Positions 1 through 10,768 are shown, numbered from the stretch's first letter. The stretch: DNA of 64,000 nucleotides from an uncultured delta proteobacterium (GCA_963778655.1 CAVZVA010000009.1:32001-96000), one strand, 5' to 3'. Program-made: numbers and translations. Notes: generated by a model from the sequence alone, not told the origin.

Positions 1-2
1 GG

Positions 3-716
3 TTCGACTTCCCGTTCTGCGTCCCGCACGCCCTCCTACGCGACCCGAAGTTCGCCGCGGACCTCGGCTACAACGACGGCGCGTTCCTCGGCTGGCGCTC
101 CTTCAACTGGTGGATCGCGCAGCGCCTCCCGCTCGGCGACCCGCTCGACTTCGCGCCCTTCGCCCCGTGGCGAGACCGGACCGAGCGCGCGCGGCTCTGG
201 ACGAAGCGCGCGACGGACATCGCCGCCGGTGGTCAGCCGCCGCTGAAGGACAAGTTCCAGGCGACGTTCCAGATGACGCTCCTGGGGAACGTGTTGCTCT
301 CGAAGCTGTGGGAGTCGCACCACTACCGCGTGCTGCCGTTTCCAGGCGGTCGCGGCGCTGGCGAAATCATCGAGGTCTACCCGGGCGCGACGCTGCGCAC
401 GATGGGGCTCGCGAGCTACAAGTCGAGGCCCGACGAAGCTGTGCGTCTCGGCATCGCCGCGTGTGCCGCCGCAGGCATCAAGCTCGACGTGGACCTCCGG
501 CTCGTCGCCCTCGCGTGCCGCTACAGCTCGGGCACCGCGAAGTCGCCCGACTACGATGTGGCCGACGCGTTCGTCGCGCTCTGCACAGCCATCCTCCACG
601 CGGAGAACGGCTGTCGCCCGGTGCTCGCGCCCGACCCGACGTGGCAAGAGCGGCTCGTGAAGGAGTGGGAAGGCGCGATTTGGGTCCCGACCATCACGAC
701 GAGCGTGCCGGCGTAG
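3..716 (+). CDS. DUF429-like predicted RNase H-fold nuclease, 5' truncated by window edge
   Basis: Frame open from nt 3 (FDFPF), continuing to IIEVYPGATL and DAFVA motifs typical of DUF429. Confidence 0.65.
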   Translation, partial: FDFPFCVPHALLRDPKFAADLGYNDGAFLGWRSFNWWIAQRLPLGDPLDFAPFAPWRDRTERARLWTKRATDIAAGGQPPLKDKFQATFQMTLLGNVLLSKLWESHHYRVLPFPGGRGAGEIIEVYPGATLRTMGLASYKSRPDEAVRLGIAACAAAGIKLDVDLRLVALACRYSSGTAKSPDYDVADAFVALCTAILHAENGCRPVLAPDPTWQERLVKEWEGAIWVPTITTSVPA

Positions 717-738
717 GCGGCTGCTACGGTCTATCGCG

Positions 739-855
739 ATGAACAAGCGGTTCCGCAAGAAAAAGCGCGTCGGCGAGTTCAAGGAGCACGGCTTCGAATT
801 GCTCGCCGACCTGCACTCAGACACGAAATCCGAAGGAGGTCGCGGTGACTCGTGA
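739..855 (+). pseudogene. 38-aa remnant resembling the N-terminus of YggL/DUF469
   Basis: MNKRFRKKKRVGEFKEHGFEL resembles YggL R.RKK...EF.E.GF; ends overlapping next gene. Confidence 0.45.
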
Positions 856-2302
856 CGACGCTGCCGTCGTCCGGCAGCGACTCATTCAGGACCTGCGTGC
901 GGCGCTCGTTCCCGCCCTGAGCACCGGGAGCTGGAACACGATCGAGGACGACCACCGTAAGGTCGACCTGGCGTGGCGCGCAGACCTTGAGCCTGGCTGG
1001 GGGAAGCCCCGATACGTGGAGCGCGTGCTCAATGATCTCCCCGAAGACGAGGTCGTCGGCCTTGGGCATCGGGTCCTCGAGCGACTTGCGGATCGCCCCC
1101 TCCTCGCTGTTGAAGACGCGCTCCTATGGATCGCGGCGAACGGCGTCGCCCAGGTTAGCGAGATCACGCGCATCGCTCTCGCCAGCGCGCTCGACGGGCA
1201 ACGCCTTCACCCCGTCGAGGACCCAAACGTCCTCCTCGGTCGGTTCGCGCGCGCGACTGGAACCACCTCCCCGACGTTCGAGTACGCGCAGAATGCGGAG
1301 CTTGTCGAAGTCGAGATGGACGTGTTCGGCATCTTCGCCGGTGGAGGCTCGACGCCAACCATCACGCGGGCGAACCAGCTGGCGCTCTTGGACGCCTTCG
1401 GTTTCCGCAACTGGCCTGACGCTCGCCTCTTCCAGTTCCTCGAGTTCCTCGTCAACCCAACGGTGCGGCGAGGTGAGGAGCAATCATCGCTCGTCCAGAC
1501 CCTGAACTCCGTCCTCGCCGCCGATCGTTGCGAGCTGGTTGCCGTCGAGCAGCTCTCTGGTCACCCCGTGTTCAAGGTCCGGCCTGCGACCGCGGGCGTC
1601 GCGGGCAGGCCGAAGAACTTGATCTTTGCGTCGACCGGTCCGAAGCCGGAACTCGGCTTCGCAGACGCCGTGAACAACGACATCGTGATCCTTCGGCACG
1701 CCGAGCACTGCCTCGTCTACGACGAGCCGATCGGCGATGACGGACTGCGCTGGACCAGGCTCGTCGAGTGGTGGGCGGCCCGCAACAAGGTCGATCCGAA
1801 AGACGCGGCGACGAGAAACCAGCTCGGCGAGCGGCTCGGGAAGTCCCTCGCGTCGGAGCCGGAGCGTCGCCTCTTCATGTCGTACTTCAAGAGCCTGCGC
1901 CCATTGCTCGGGGATGCGCTGCCGGCGCTGATCCCGCAGGTCTACCTTCACTACGATCCGATGACGCTGCGCGAGCTTCGGGATCGAGGAGATACAAGAC
2001 GGTTCGAAGTCCAGCGGATGGACTTCCTCCTACTCCTCCCTCATGGCGTTCGCGTGATCGTCGAGATCGATGGGCAGCAGCACTACTCAACAGGCATGGA
2101 TGCATCGGCAAAGCCATCACCCGAGGAGTACGCGAGGACGGCACGTTCCGATCGCCACCTTCGACTGGCTGGGTACGAGGTGTATCGCTTCGGCGGCTAC
2201 GAACTCCGTGACGACAACTCGTCCACCAGCGCAGTCCCGGAATTCTTCACGCGGCTGTTTCGTCGGCACAAGCTGTTGGATGCGCTGGCCTCGCCGCGCT
2301 GA
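845..2302 (+). CDS. AbiJ N-terminal-domain protein with C-terminal Vsr/DUF559-like endonuclease; candidate anti-phage defence
   Basis: GTG with AAGGAGG RBS; KNLIFAS.GPKPE...DAVNNDI motif; RMDFLL..VEIDGQQHY..DRHLRLAGYEVYRFGG. Confidence 0.7.
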   Translation: MTRDDAAVVRQRLIQDLRAALVPALSTGSWNTIEDDHRKVDLAWRADLEPGWGKPRYVERVLNDLPEDEVVGLGHRVLERLADRPLLAVEDALLWIAANGVAQVSEITRIALASALDGQRLHPVEDPNVLLGRFARATGTTSPTFEYAQNAELVEVEMDVFGIFAGGGSTPTITRANQLALLDAFGFRNWPDARLFQFLEFLVNPTVRRGEEQSSLVQTLNSVLAADRCELVAVEQLSGHPVFKVRPATAGVAGRPKNLIFASTGPKPELGFADAVNNDIVILRHAEHCLVYDEPIGDDGLRWTRLVEWWAARNKVDPKDAATRNQLGERLGKSLASEPERRLFMSYFKSLRPLLGDALPALIPQVYLHYDPMTLRELRDRGDTRRFEVQRMDFLLLLPHGVRVIVEIDGQQHYSTGMDASAKPSPEEYARTARSDRHLRLAGYEVYRFGGYELRDDNSSTSAVPEFFTRLFRRHKLLDALASPR

Positions 2303-2308
2303 TGGTGC

Positions 2309-2608
2309 TCAGCCCACCAGTGTCTTGAGGAGCGCCATCCCCCGCTCGGTCTCGCCCGGCGTCGCGTCGGCGAGCTCGAGGTACACGCGCCCGCTCTCGT
2401 TGAAGTCCTCGGTGTTCACGCACCAGCGCTCGCTCGCGGGCGTGGCCAGCTCGATCTCGGCGGCGAGCTTGTGCAGCGCGGCCTTCACGACGCGGTAGCT
2501 GGTGCCCTTGGGGAAGCGGAGCGCGATCTGCGGCTCGGGCGTTCCGTAGCGGCTCTCGCCCTGGCTCATCGTCTTCGTCGCCTGCGTGTTCTTCGTCGTC
2601 GTGCTCAT
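2309..2608 (-). CDS. Small hypothetical protein
   Basis: GGAGG RBS, preceded by class-C repeat. Confidence 0.75.
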   Translation of the reverse strand: MSTTTKNTQATKTMSQGESRYGTPEPQIALRFPKGTSYRVVKAALHKLAAEIELATPASERWCVNTEDFNESGRVYLELADATPGETERGMALLKTLVG

Positions 2609-2636
2609 CGTCGTCCTCCGTGGCGCGTCGTGCGAA

Positions 2637-2686
2637 GTGCCCGTCGCGTGAGGACATACAGGCTTCCGTTTCGACCCATAGCAAGG
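2637..2686 (-). promoter_or_regulatory. Class-C repeat copy 1 (CCTTGC-N10-AACGGAAGCCTGTATGTCCTCACGCGACGGGCAC)
   Basis: Six copies with identical spacing, each upstream of a gene start. Confidence 0.8.
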
Positions 2687-2858
2687 CGGACGGATGTCGA
2701 TTCTCGATGTTCTTTCAGGCTCTTGGAGGCAGGGCGCCTACGCGGCGATGGGCGGCGACGACGTTGCGCCCGGGCGCGCCCGTGGCCCTTCGCGCGGGGC
2801 ACGACGCCGGGCTGCGTGACGCGGCCACGTGGGCCAACGTCGGCGCCCGTGGCGCGCG

Positions 2859-3110
2859 TCAGAGTGCGACCACCGCGTAGCGCGAGCCGGGGTTCATCGC
2901 CTCGAGCTGGGCGCGGCGCTTCTCCGCGTCCTCGGCGGTGGCGAACGCGTCGTACTTCCAGTCGTTCCTGGTGGGCGCCATGCGGCTGATCGAGCCGTCC
3001 TTGTTGACCGACTTCACCATGAAGCGCGCGGTGGCTGCCGCCTGCTCGGTGGCGCGCTTAGCGCGCGCGTCGGCGTAGGCGCGGAAGGCAGTGGTGCTCT
3101 TGATCCTCAT
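2859..3110 (-). CDS. Small hypothetical protein (MRIKSTTAF...)
   Basis: GAGGACGACGACG-ATG leader after class-C repeat. Confidence 0.75.
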   Translation of the reverse strand: MRIKSTTAFRAYADARAKRATEQAAATARFMVKSVNKDGSISRMAPTRNDWKYDAFATAEDAEKRRAQLEAMNPGSRYAVVAL

Positions 3111-3141
3111 CGTCGTCGTCCTCGCTTTCGCGTCGAGCCCC

Positions 3142-3191
3142 GTGCCCGTCGCGTGAGGACATACAGGCTTCCGTTCGCGCACGTAGCAAGG
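3142..3191 (-). promoter_or_regulatory. Class-C repeat copy 2
   Basis: 34-nt block identical to copy 1, plus CCTTGC at 10-nt spacing. Confidence 0.8.
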
Positions 3192-3265
3192 CGAAGATCC
3201 GAGGATTCAATCTCGCGCAAGAACACGCGACGTTCCGCGCGCTTCGGGTCGTGGAGACCTTCTGC

Positions 3266-3508
3266 TTACCCCTTCGCCGTCAGCCCGGTGCGGAGCATCT
3301 CGGCGACGAGCGACGCGGCCAGCTCCTCGTCGGTCTCGCCCTTCACGTCGAGCTCGACCTCCTCGAACTTGCGTGCGTTGGCGACGACCCACTCGATGTA
3401 CTTCGGCACGGTGAAGTCCTCGACGCCGAACGCGATGTCCTGCATGGCCTTCACGATCTGCAGGGCCGTGCCTTGGAACACGCGCCCGTCTCTCATCACG
3501 ATCTTCAT
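3266..3508 (-). CDS. Small hypothetical protein at end of amidoligase operon
   Basis: ATGA overlap with upstream GGCT gene, GGAG RBS. Confidence 0.75.
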   Translation of the reverse strand: MKIVMRDGRVFQGTALQIVKAMQDIAFGVEDFTVPKYIEWVVANARKFEEVELDVKGETDEELAASLVAEMLRTGLTAKG

Positions 3509-3903
3509 GCTGCGGTCTCCTTTCGGCGCGAGCGCCAGTTGCCCGAGGCGATGACGGGGCGACCTTCGACCTGCTCGGGCGTGAGGAGGTAGGTCTCGAC
3601 CTTGGCGCCGTCTGCCAGCGCGATGCGCGTGCGACGGTAGAAGCGTGGGTGGCCCTCGAGCGCGTCGAGCCGCGCGAGCGTCAGAGCATCGACCTCGTAC
3701 ACCTCGCCAGCCACGGCGTGCGCGCCGCCGCGCACGAGTCCGGGGAACGGCCCCAGATCGCGCAGCTCGAAGGCGGGCTCCGTGCGCGCGTTCGCGACGA
3801 GCCGCGCGCCAGCCAGGGCGCGGTGGTTCGGCTCGCCGGCGAGGAGCGTGCCGTAGACGAAGACGCGCGTGGGCGCGCGACGCTGGCTCCGGGGCGCGCT
3901 CAC
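3505..3903 (-). CDS. Gamma-glutamylcyclotransferase (AIG2/GGACT type)
   Basis: VFVYGTL, V.GEVYEV, LDALEG..FY motifs; GTG start overlapping upstream stop. Confidence 0.9.
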   Translation of the reverse strand: MSAPRSQRRAPTRVFVYGTLLAGEPNHRALAGARLVANARTEPAFELRDLGPFPGLVRGGAHAVAGEVYEVDALTLARLDALEGHPRFYRRTRIALADGAKVETYLLTPEQVEGRPVIASGNWRSRRKETAA

Positions 3904-4388
3904 GGCGACACCCCCGCTGCGCGAGCCAGGGGCTCGACGTCGAAACCCAGGCGCGAGTACGCGTGCCAGAGCACGGTGAAGTAGCCCAGTGGCGGCGTCC
4001 ACGCTTCGAAGCCGTCCTCGGGCTGGAGGTAGGTCATCACGCGGCGGCGGCGCCCGCTCTCGTCGCGCACCCACCGGATGACGCGCTCGTAGGCGAAGGG
4101 ATGGCCCTCGAAGCGGTCGAGCGCGCGGAGGTCGACGTTGCCCAGCTCGTAGAGGAGCCCCTCGACGCACGCGCCCTTGGCGCGCACCACGCTGGCCACT
4201 GCGCCGCCCCAGCGGTGGCTGAAGCCCCCGAAGACCAGCGCGTAGTTCGGCAGCGTCGCCCGCCCGACCACGCGCGCGTCCGCGCAGCGCTCGCGCATCT
4301 GCGCGTCGTCGAGGTTCGACCCGTAGGCGAAGTAGAGCACCGGGTTCATCTTCTCATCTCGCTTCGGGCAATCGCCCGTCGTCGTCAT
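3900..4388 (-). CDS. Gamma-glutamylcyclotransferase (GGCT type); alternative start 4349
   Basis: YFAYGSNL...QM..RC, V.GLLYEL, LDRFEG..AY motifs. Confidence 0.9.
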   Translation of the reverse strand: MTTTGDCPKRDEKMNPVLYFAYGSNLDDAQMRERCADARVVGRATLPNYALVFGGFSHRWGGAVASVVRAKGACVEGLLYELGNVDLRALDRFEGHPFAYERVIRWVRDESGRRRRVMTYLQPEDGFEAWTPPLGYFTVLWHAYSRLGFDVEPLARAAGVSP

Positions 4389-4455
4389 GCATCGCCTCTG
4401 TCCCCCACCGAGTCCAGCGCCGGCTCGCGGTCCGGCGCTGGTTCGTCGCCGCCGT

Positions 4456-5379
4456 TCACGCTGCGCGGGCATCACCGACCTCCTCGCTCTCCGTCGCGGG
4501 TTGCGTGTCCATCGCCGGGCGGCGGTCGCGGCGCTCGCCCTTCCAAGCCGCCGAGCCCGCGAGCTTCTTCGTGAGGTGCAGGCGCGCGGTCTTGAACTCC
4601 TCGCCGATCAGGCCGAGGTGCAGGAGCACCACCCGGAAGTCGTACTTCGCGGTGGCGGGGTTGAACTCGCGGCGCTTGCTCGACGCGGCCTTTGAGGAGA
4701 GCGCCTTCGCAGCCATTGCGAGGACGAGCTGCACGTAGGCCTTCACCTCGCCGGCGTGCAGCGTGCCGTTGAAGTAGCGGAACTCCAACGTGCCCCTGAA
4801 GAAGAGGCTGTTGAGGTTCAGCCCGCGGTAGCGGCTGCTGTGGTAGCGGCTCGGCGTCTCGCCGCTGCGCCCGTACCAGGCGTCGCGCACGTCGCTCATC
4901 GTCTTGGGGCGGCGCGTTTCGAGCGCCTCGATGAAGCGGGCTTCGATCGGGCGGCAGTAGCGCGCGAGGCGCTGCTCGCTGACACCGAGCGCGTGCTCGA
5001 GCAGGCGCTCCTGCTTGTGAACCAGCTTGACCAGGTTCACCACGCTCTTGGCGTCGAAGCTCTCCGCTCCGACGTGGATGTGGATGCCCGTCGAGTGGTC
5101 GGTCCTCGCGCCCGCCGTGCGCACCGCGCGGATGATGTTCTGCAACTCCTCGATGTCGTCGTAGCCGAGGACCGGCGAGACGATCTCGCCGCTGTTCTCG
5201 CCGCCGCTCAGCGAACCGTCCGGCACGACCTTCCAGGTGCGCCCGCTCGCGGTGGTGATGCGCACGTCCCGGTAGTCGTTCGAGATGGTGCCGCCCACCA
5301 CGCTGTGGATGGCCTCGGCGAGCTTCGTCCGGCTCAGGCCCACCGTCTCGATCTCGATCCCGAATCGCAGCGTCTTCAT
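4456..5379 (-). CDS. Putative amidoligase (COOH-NH2 ligase, Amidoligase_2)
   Basis: [44 protein letters not shown]. Confidence 0.9.
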   Translation of the reverse strand: MKTLRFGIEIETVGLSRTKLAEAIHSVVGGTISNDYRDVRITTASGRTWKVVPDGSLSGGENSGEIVSPVLGYDDIEELQNIIRAVRTAGARTDHSTGIHIHVGAESFDAKSVVNLVKLVHKQERLLEHALGVSEQRLARYCRPIEARFIEALETRRPKTMSDVRDAWYGRSGETPSRYHSSRYRGLNLNSLFFRGTLEFRYFNGTLHAGEVKAYVQLVLAMAAKALSSKAASSKRREFNPATAKYDFRVVLLHLGLIGEEFKTARLHLTKKLAGSAAWKGERRDRRPAMDTQPATESEEVGDARAA

Positions 5380-5411
5380 CGTGGTCGTCCTCGCGTTCTG
5401 CGCGGGGCCCA

Positions 5412-5461
5412 GTGCCCGTCGCGTGAGGACATACAGGCTTCCGTTTGCGCCCCCAGCAAGG
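5412..5461 (-). promoter_or_regulatory. Class-C repeat copy 3
   Basis: 34-nt block identical to copies 1-2. Confidence 0.8.
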
Positions 5462-5578
5462 CCGAACACGTTGATTTCACATGCGTTTTCAGGCGCTTGG
5501 AATAGCCGCGAGGTTCCGCGGACATGGGGCGTCGGAGGCGGTTGTAGGCCTGCCGACGCCCCGCCGATTCCGCCGCGT

Positions 5579-6223
<645 letters not shown>

Positions 6224-6332
6224 GACTGGTCTCCTCGTCGGGCGCTGGGTACACGTCGCCCTTCACGCGCGCGCCCGTGGCTCGCGTGGTGGGGCCTGCG
6301 CTCCGTGATGGAGCGCGTCGTCGTTCAGGTCG

Positions 6333-6623
6333 TCAGCGCTTCAGGCTCGCGAAGCACGCGAGGTCGATGGCGCGCGGGTCGCTCGACACGAAGCTGAAGC
6401 GTCCCTCTGCTGCGAGCCAGGGCTGCACCTCGACGCGGTCGTCGGCGGTCACGCCGCCCGCGCGCTCGAGGTCTTCCTCGTCGCGGATGTACTGCCCGTC
6501 CCGGTCCGGGTCGTAGTCGGCGCGCAGCGCGTTCTTCAGCACAGCGACGATGCGCACCTTGTGACCGCGCAGGTAGGCGTGCTCGGTGCCGTCGTAGGTC
6601 GTCGTGGTGCCGAGCGTCGTCAT
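6333..6623 (-). CDS. Small hypothetical protein ([10 protein letters not shown]...)
   Basis: ATGA overlap with upstream gene, GGAGGAG RBS. Confidence 0.75.
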   Translation of the reverse strand: MTTLGTTTTYDGTEHAYLRGHKVRIVAVLKNALRADYDPDRDGQYIRDEEDLERAGGVTADDRVEVQPWLAAEGRFSFVSSDPRAIDLACFASLKR

Positions 6624-6832
6624 CGCTCCTCCTTGGCGGCGGCGAGCCCCGCGCGGTACGCGGCCTCGAGCGCGGCCTTCACCGTCCAGACCGCGACGTC
6701 GTGGAAGTCGAGCGAGTCGCTGTTGCGCGTCTCCAGCGTGTCGATGTGGAGCTGCTCCTTCGCGATGGCGGCGAGAAGCGCCTCGACCGTCGGCTGCTTC
6801 TTGCTGGGGCGCTTCTTGTTCGTGGTCTGCAT
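6620..6832 (-). CDS. DUF6900-like small phage protein
   Basis: TLETRNSDSLDFHDVAVW..KAALEAAY.AG signature. Confidence 0.8.
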   Translation of the reverse strand: MQTTNKKRPSKKQPTVEALLAAIAKEQLHIDTLETRNSDSLDFHDVAVWTVKAALEAAYRAGLAAAKEER

Positions 6833-6859
6833 CGTCGTCCTCCGCGTTGATCGCTTCGC

Positions 6860-6891
6860 CATACAGGCTTCCGTTCGCGCCCCCAGCAAGG
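6860..6891 (-). promoter_or_regulatory. Class-C repeat copy 4 (core only)
   Basis: CCTTGC-N10-AACGGAAGCCTGTATG. Confidence 0.75.
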
Positions 6892-6934
6892 TCGTTCCGT
6901 AAAGAATCGACCTCGCTGGGAACCGCGTTTGCGC

Positions 6935-7216
6935 TCAACGCGTGGCCACGCTCCACGCCGTCTTCGACCCGTAGCGGAGCTGTTCCCCCTCGACGAGGAA
7001 GACGTCGCTCTTGGCTGTGCCGCGCTCGAGGCGGGGCTCGTCGTCGTCGTCGTCGTCGCAATCGCCGTCCTCGTCGCGATCGGCGCGGAGCACCTCGTTG
7101 CGCGTCGTCACGCCTGCGAGGCTCAGCTCGAACGGCCAGTTGGGCTGGGACATCACGAGTACCTCGGCGTCCGGGTCCTGCTCCTCCAACAGCTCGATCA
7201 GCTCGCTCACCTTCAT
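6935..7216 (-). CDS. Small acidic hypothetical protein
   Basis: MKVSELIELLEEQDPDAEV start common in phage early genes; GGAG RBS. Confidence 0.8.
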   Translation of the reverse strand: MKVSELIELLEEQDPDAEVLVMSQPNWPFELSLAGVTTRNEVLRADRDEDGDCDDDDDDEPRLERGTAKSDVFLVEGEQLRYGSKTAWSVATR

Positions 7217-7266
7217 GTCGTCGTCTCCGTCGGGGTGGTTCGTGCGGTGCGCCCCGTTCGCGACGA

Positions 7267-7298
7267 CATACAGGCTTCCTTCTGGCGACCTTCCAAGG
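7267..7298 (-). promoter_or_regulatory. Class-C repeat copy 5 (variant)
   Basis: CCTTGG-N10-GAAGGAAGCCTGTATG. Confidence 0.7.
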
Positions 7299-7315
7299 CG
7301 AAGAAGCGAGAAATC

Positions 7316-7365
7316 GACCGGCGCGCGGAAGCCCGCGTTACCTCGCGAGAACTCCGCGCGCGGTC
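7316..7365 (-). terminator. GC-rich hairpin just after the holin stop; possible late-operon terminator
   Basis: GACCGGCGCGCGGA...TCCGCGCGCGGTC arms; U-tract weak. Confidence 0.35.
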
Positions 7366-7366
7366 C

Positions 7367-7603
7367 TCACGCAGCCTTGTCGTGCATGTCCTCGATGGCG
7401 TCCTTCAGCGCGACGAGTGCGGCCTCGACCTTGGTCACGGCCTCCGTCTGCGCGCGGCCCATCTCGGCCACCTTGTCGAACAGCTCGCGGAGCTGCGCGT
7501 CCTTCTTCTCGTTCACCTTCCAGAATGCCCAGCCCAGGACTGCGACGAGCCCGTAGGGGCCGGTCGCCTGGAGCCACGTCGCGACGCTGCTGAAGTTCTC
7601 CAT
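7367..7603 (-). CDS. Putative holin (one N-terminal TM segment plus coiled coil)
   Basis: GPYGLVAVLGWAFW hydrophobic stretch; adjacent to amidase. Confidence 0.55.
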   Translation of the reverse strand: MENFSSVATWLQATGPYGLVAVLGWAFWKVNEKKDAQLRELFDKVAEMGRAQTEAVTKVEAALVALKDAIEDMHDKAA

Positions 7604-7618
7604 CTCGTTCTCCTCGGG

Positions 7619-8356
7619 TCAGGCCACGGCGTGCGTGGGCAGTAGGTCTCGGACGTCAGCGCGGCGCACGCCGGTGGAGCGCTTCACCGCCTCCTCGAAC
7701 GCAACGTCGGGCGCGAGCCCGGCCTCGACGCGCAGCCACGCGTAGAGGACGAGCATCGAGCCGTCGGCGTGCCCGAAGTACTGGTGCGCGAGCACACCCG
7801 GCAGCGGCGCCTTCGCAGCAGCGTCGACGAGGCCGAGCGCAAAGCGTCCGTCGCGGAGCCCCGGCCAGGCGCGCGGCACGGCGATGCCCGGCGCGGGCGC
7901 GCTCGTCGTCCATCGCACGAGCGCGGCCACCGCCTCAGCCTGCGCCGGCGTCGGCAGCACGTACTGGCCCTTGTGCGCCCACGGCGCGTTGATGACGCGC
8001 GACCACGGCAGGCCCGGCTTCAGGTAGCTCGGGTAGTACGGGTTCACGATCTCGACCCCGAACGACGCGCCGTTGTGCTGGCTCGCGTGCCAGAGGACGT
8101 CCGTCGCGAGGTCGCCGTGCTGCGTGAGCGCGCCGTCCGCACCCATCACGAGGTGGACGCTGAGCCCACGCTTCTTCAGGACCGCGATGGTCGAGTCGAC
8201 GCTGCGCGTGACGGTCTCGTGGATGACGAGCTCGACGGCGCGCGCCCGCTTGCCCTTCGATGCGAACCGATGGACGCCGGCCTCGGCAAACGTGCGCACG
8301 GAGAGCCCGTCGACGGGACACGTCGCGACGCCGTTGACGATGAAGCCGCCGCTCAC
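7619..8356 (-). CDS. N-acetylmuramoyl-L-alanine amidase (endolysin)
   Basis: LVIHET, SVH, WHA, N..SFGVEI, LAH Amidase_2 motifs. Confidence 0.88.
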   Translation of the reverse strand: MSGGFIVNGVATCPVDGLSVRTFAEAGVHRFASKGKRARAVELVIHETVTRSVDSTIAVLKKRGLSVHLVMGADGALTQHGDLATDVLWHASQHNGASFGVEIVNPYYPSYLKPGLPWSRVINAPWAHKGQYVLPTPAQAEAVAALVRWTTSAPAPGIAVPRAWPGLRDGRFALGLVDAAAKAPLPGVLAHQYFGHADGSMLVLYAWLRVEAGLAPDVAFEEAVKRSTGVRRADVRDLLPTHAVA

Positions 8357-8781
8357 TGGCCGGGCTCCTTCCCTTGGAGCTGCTCAACCGCGCGTGCCGG
8401 CATCTTCAGTCCCTTGTCGAAGAACTGCCGCATGGCCTCAGTCGCGATCGGGCGAGTGAGCACCTTGTCGGTCTTGTTGCGCATGCGCTCAACGACGCGG
8501 CCGCGCTTCACGAGCTGCGAGTGCAGTTCGTCGACGAGCAGCCGGTGCAGGTGCCCCGCGCTGCCCTGTTGCGCGGGGTACTCCTGCTCGTCGACCGGCG
8601 AGCGGATCAAGAACTCCCGCGAGCGACAGGTGGGGCACTCGGGAAGCGGTACGACGTCGTCCTCGACCTGATCGTCGCGCTCGACACCCGCCTCGATCGT
8701 CGCGAGGGGGATGCGGTTCTCGCGGTCGCACTTGGCGCAACGCTGAACGACCTCGGTGCTGGTGATCTCCTGAACGGCCAT
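8353..8781 (-). CDS. Zn-ribbon protein downstream of tail fibre
   Basis: CAKC...CPTC; RBS GAGG before MAVQEIT. Confidence 0.7.
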   Translation of the reverse strand: MAVQEITSTEVVQRCAKCDRENRIPLATIEAGVERDDQVEDDVVPLPECPTCRSREFLIRSPVDEQEYPAQQGSAGHLHRLLVDELHSQLVKRGRVVERMRNKTDKVLTRPIATEAMRQFFDKGLKMPARAVEQLQGKEPGQ

Positions 8782-8788
8782 GGTTCCC

Positions 8789-10694
8789 TCACGCAATCGC
8801 GGTGTACGAGCCGAACCAGTACGCCGTCGCCGCTGCCGCCAACGACTGGTACGAAAAGAAGCCAAAGCCATCGCGGTCCGCGTAGCCGGTGCTCGGCGTG
8901 CCGGAGAAACCACCGCTTGCCGAGTTCACGCTCAAGGTGATCGACGACGGCGCCGCCGGGAATCGATTGCGGAACGTAACTCCTCCACCACCCGCGACCG
9001 TGCGCGTGCCGTTGAAGGAGTTGGTCCACTCCATGCCGAGACGCCCAACCTCGCGCACCGTGCCCGCGAGCTCGAATGCGGAGTTGACGGTACTGCTCAT
9101 GGGCAGCAGCCACCGACGTGTCCACGTCGTGAACGTCGCCGCGAACGTGTCCTCGTGCAGAAACTCGAAGTCGAGTCGCGAGAAGCGAAACCCGCCCGCG
9201 TAGTAGCTGGTGTTGTCTCGTGCCCACGCGCTGCCGTTCCACGAGGCGTTCAGCGTGAACCAGATGTTGTCGGAGTCCGCGTAGACGCGGAGGCGCGCGC
9301 CGATCCCGCCGTTGCCTTGAGAGTCCCAGAGGAGCGCTTTGGTCCCGCCGAGGTTGGGCTGGCGAATCGCCTTGTGCTGTCCAGGGCTGGCTTCGTTGCC
9401 GCGGAAGTGATCGCCCTCGTAGGCGTCGAGCACCTCGGCGAGCGCGGTCTCGACGTTCACCGCGTTGAGGTTGCCGCCGGCGTCGGCCACCGAGATGGCG
9501 CTCGCGGCGTGCGCGCCGCTCGGCCTGGTTCACGTGGCCGTTGAGCCCACCGAGCAGCGTCACAAGCGCGGCGCGCAGCGTGCCGGCCGCGATCGCGGTG
9601 GGCGCACCGGCGAGCGCGTCCACACCGACGAGCCCAACGCCTGGCGCGGAGGCACCCGTGGCGAGGAGGTCGGTTACGATCTCCTGGAGCTGCGACTGCA
9701 CGTTCGTGCCGGCGATGTTGTTGTGAGGCGTCGCTGCGATGGCCGCCGCGTTGTGCGCACCGGTGGGCGCGCTCACGTGCGTGTTCAGGAAGCCGAGGAG
9801 CTGCGCGAGCTGGCTCTTCACGCTGCCCGCAGGGAGTGCGTTCGGCGCTCCCGCCGCCGCATCCACGCCAACGCGCGAGGCACCGGAGCTGCCCACCGCC
9901 CCGGTCGCAAGGTCGTCGATCAGCTCGTCGACGGCGGCCTGCACGTTGCCCGCGCCGACGAACCCGTGCGGCGCGTAGTCGATCGCGGTCGCCGCATGGC
10001 GCCGGGCGACGGCGGTGAAGTGGTCGCGCAACTCGGCGTCGGCCTCGTCGAGCGCGGCCTGCACGGTCGCGGCGAGCGGCTGGAGGATGCTCCACGTCCC
10101 GGTGGTCACGGCCACCGAGGTGCCCTGCGCGAAGACGAACGCCTGCCGGCGCGAGGTGTCGAGATCGGCGACCAGGATCTGCGTCTGCCCCGGGCGTCGC
10201 CGCACGTCGCAGAGCAGCAGCTCGTCGGCCTGGAGCGCGGGCTTCGGCGCGACGCCGATGGCCCCCTCGGGCGCCTGCCGCACCACGAGCTCGAACGACT
10301 CGTCTCGCCGGAAGAACACCTGCTGGGAGTTGCCGTCCGTGCGCGGGTCGGAGAGCTGGCGCTTGAAACGCAGGAAGATGCCCAGCCACCGCTCATTGCC
10401 GACCGTGGCGACATCGGTCGGGATGCCCACGAGGTCCACGGCACAGTCCACGGTCTGGCCCGTGCCGAAGAACATGCGCTGGCCGAGGTTGTCGTACGCC
10501 CGCCCTGGCGCGGTGAGGTCCACGGTCAGGTCGGGCACCGGCGAGTGCGGCGCCGGGACGGCACCGGAGACGATGCCGTAGATGTTCAGGTCGGCGGCGA
10601 GGTCCCGGTCCGCCTTCTCGAGCAACGCGAACGCGAGGTCGAGCTCGGCCTCGGTGACGCGCTGGCGGAAGTAGAAGTCGACGCGATCGGCCAT
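8789..10694 (-). CDS. Tail fibre-like protein; one +1 frameshift near 9523
   Basis: [11 protein letters not shown] start; three H.A.AI...NV[QE]..[LV].E repeats, third restored by removing one base. Confidence 0.75.
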
Positions 10695-10731
10695 GTCCTT
10701 GCCTCGGAGCGCCCACGTGGCCCTCCAGGGA

Positions 10732-10762
10732 GGCAAAGCCGCCGGGCGCGGGCCTTGGGGAC
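10732..10762 (-). promoter_or_regulatory. Class-B (late) motif GTCCCC-N16-GGCTTTGCC
   Basis: Seven exact copies upstream of structural genes. Confidence 0.8.
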
Positions 10763-10768
10763 AGGCCG

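Noticed and set aside
4400..4430. Plus-strand GTCCCC-N16-GGCTCGCGG resembling class B, antisense to the amidoligase
   Set aside because: Downstream element matches only GGCT plus little else and no gene follows; not counted
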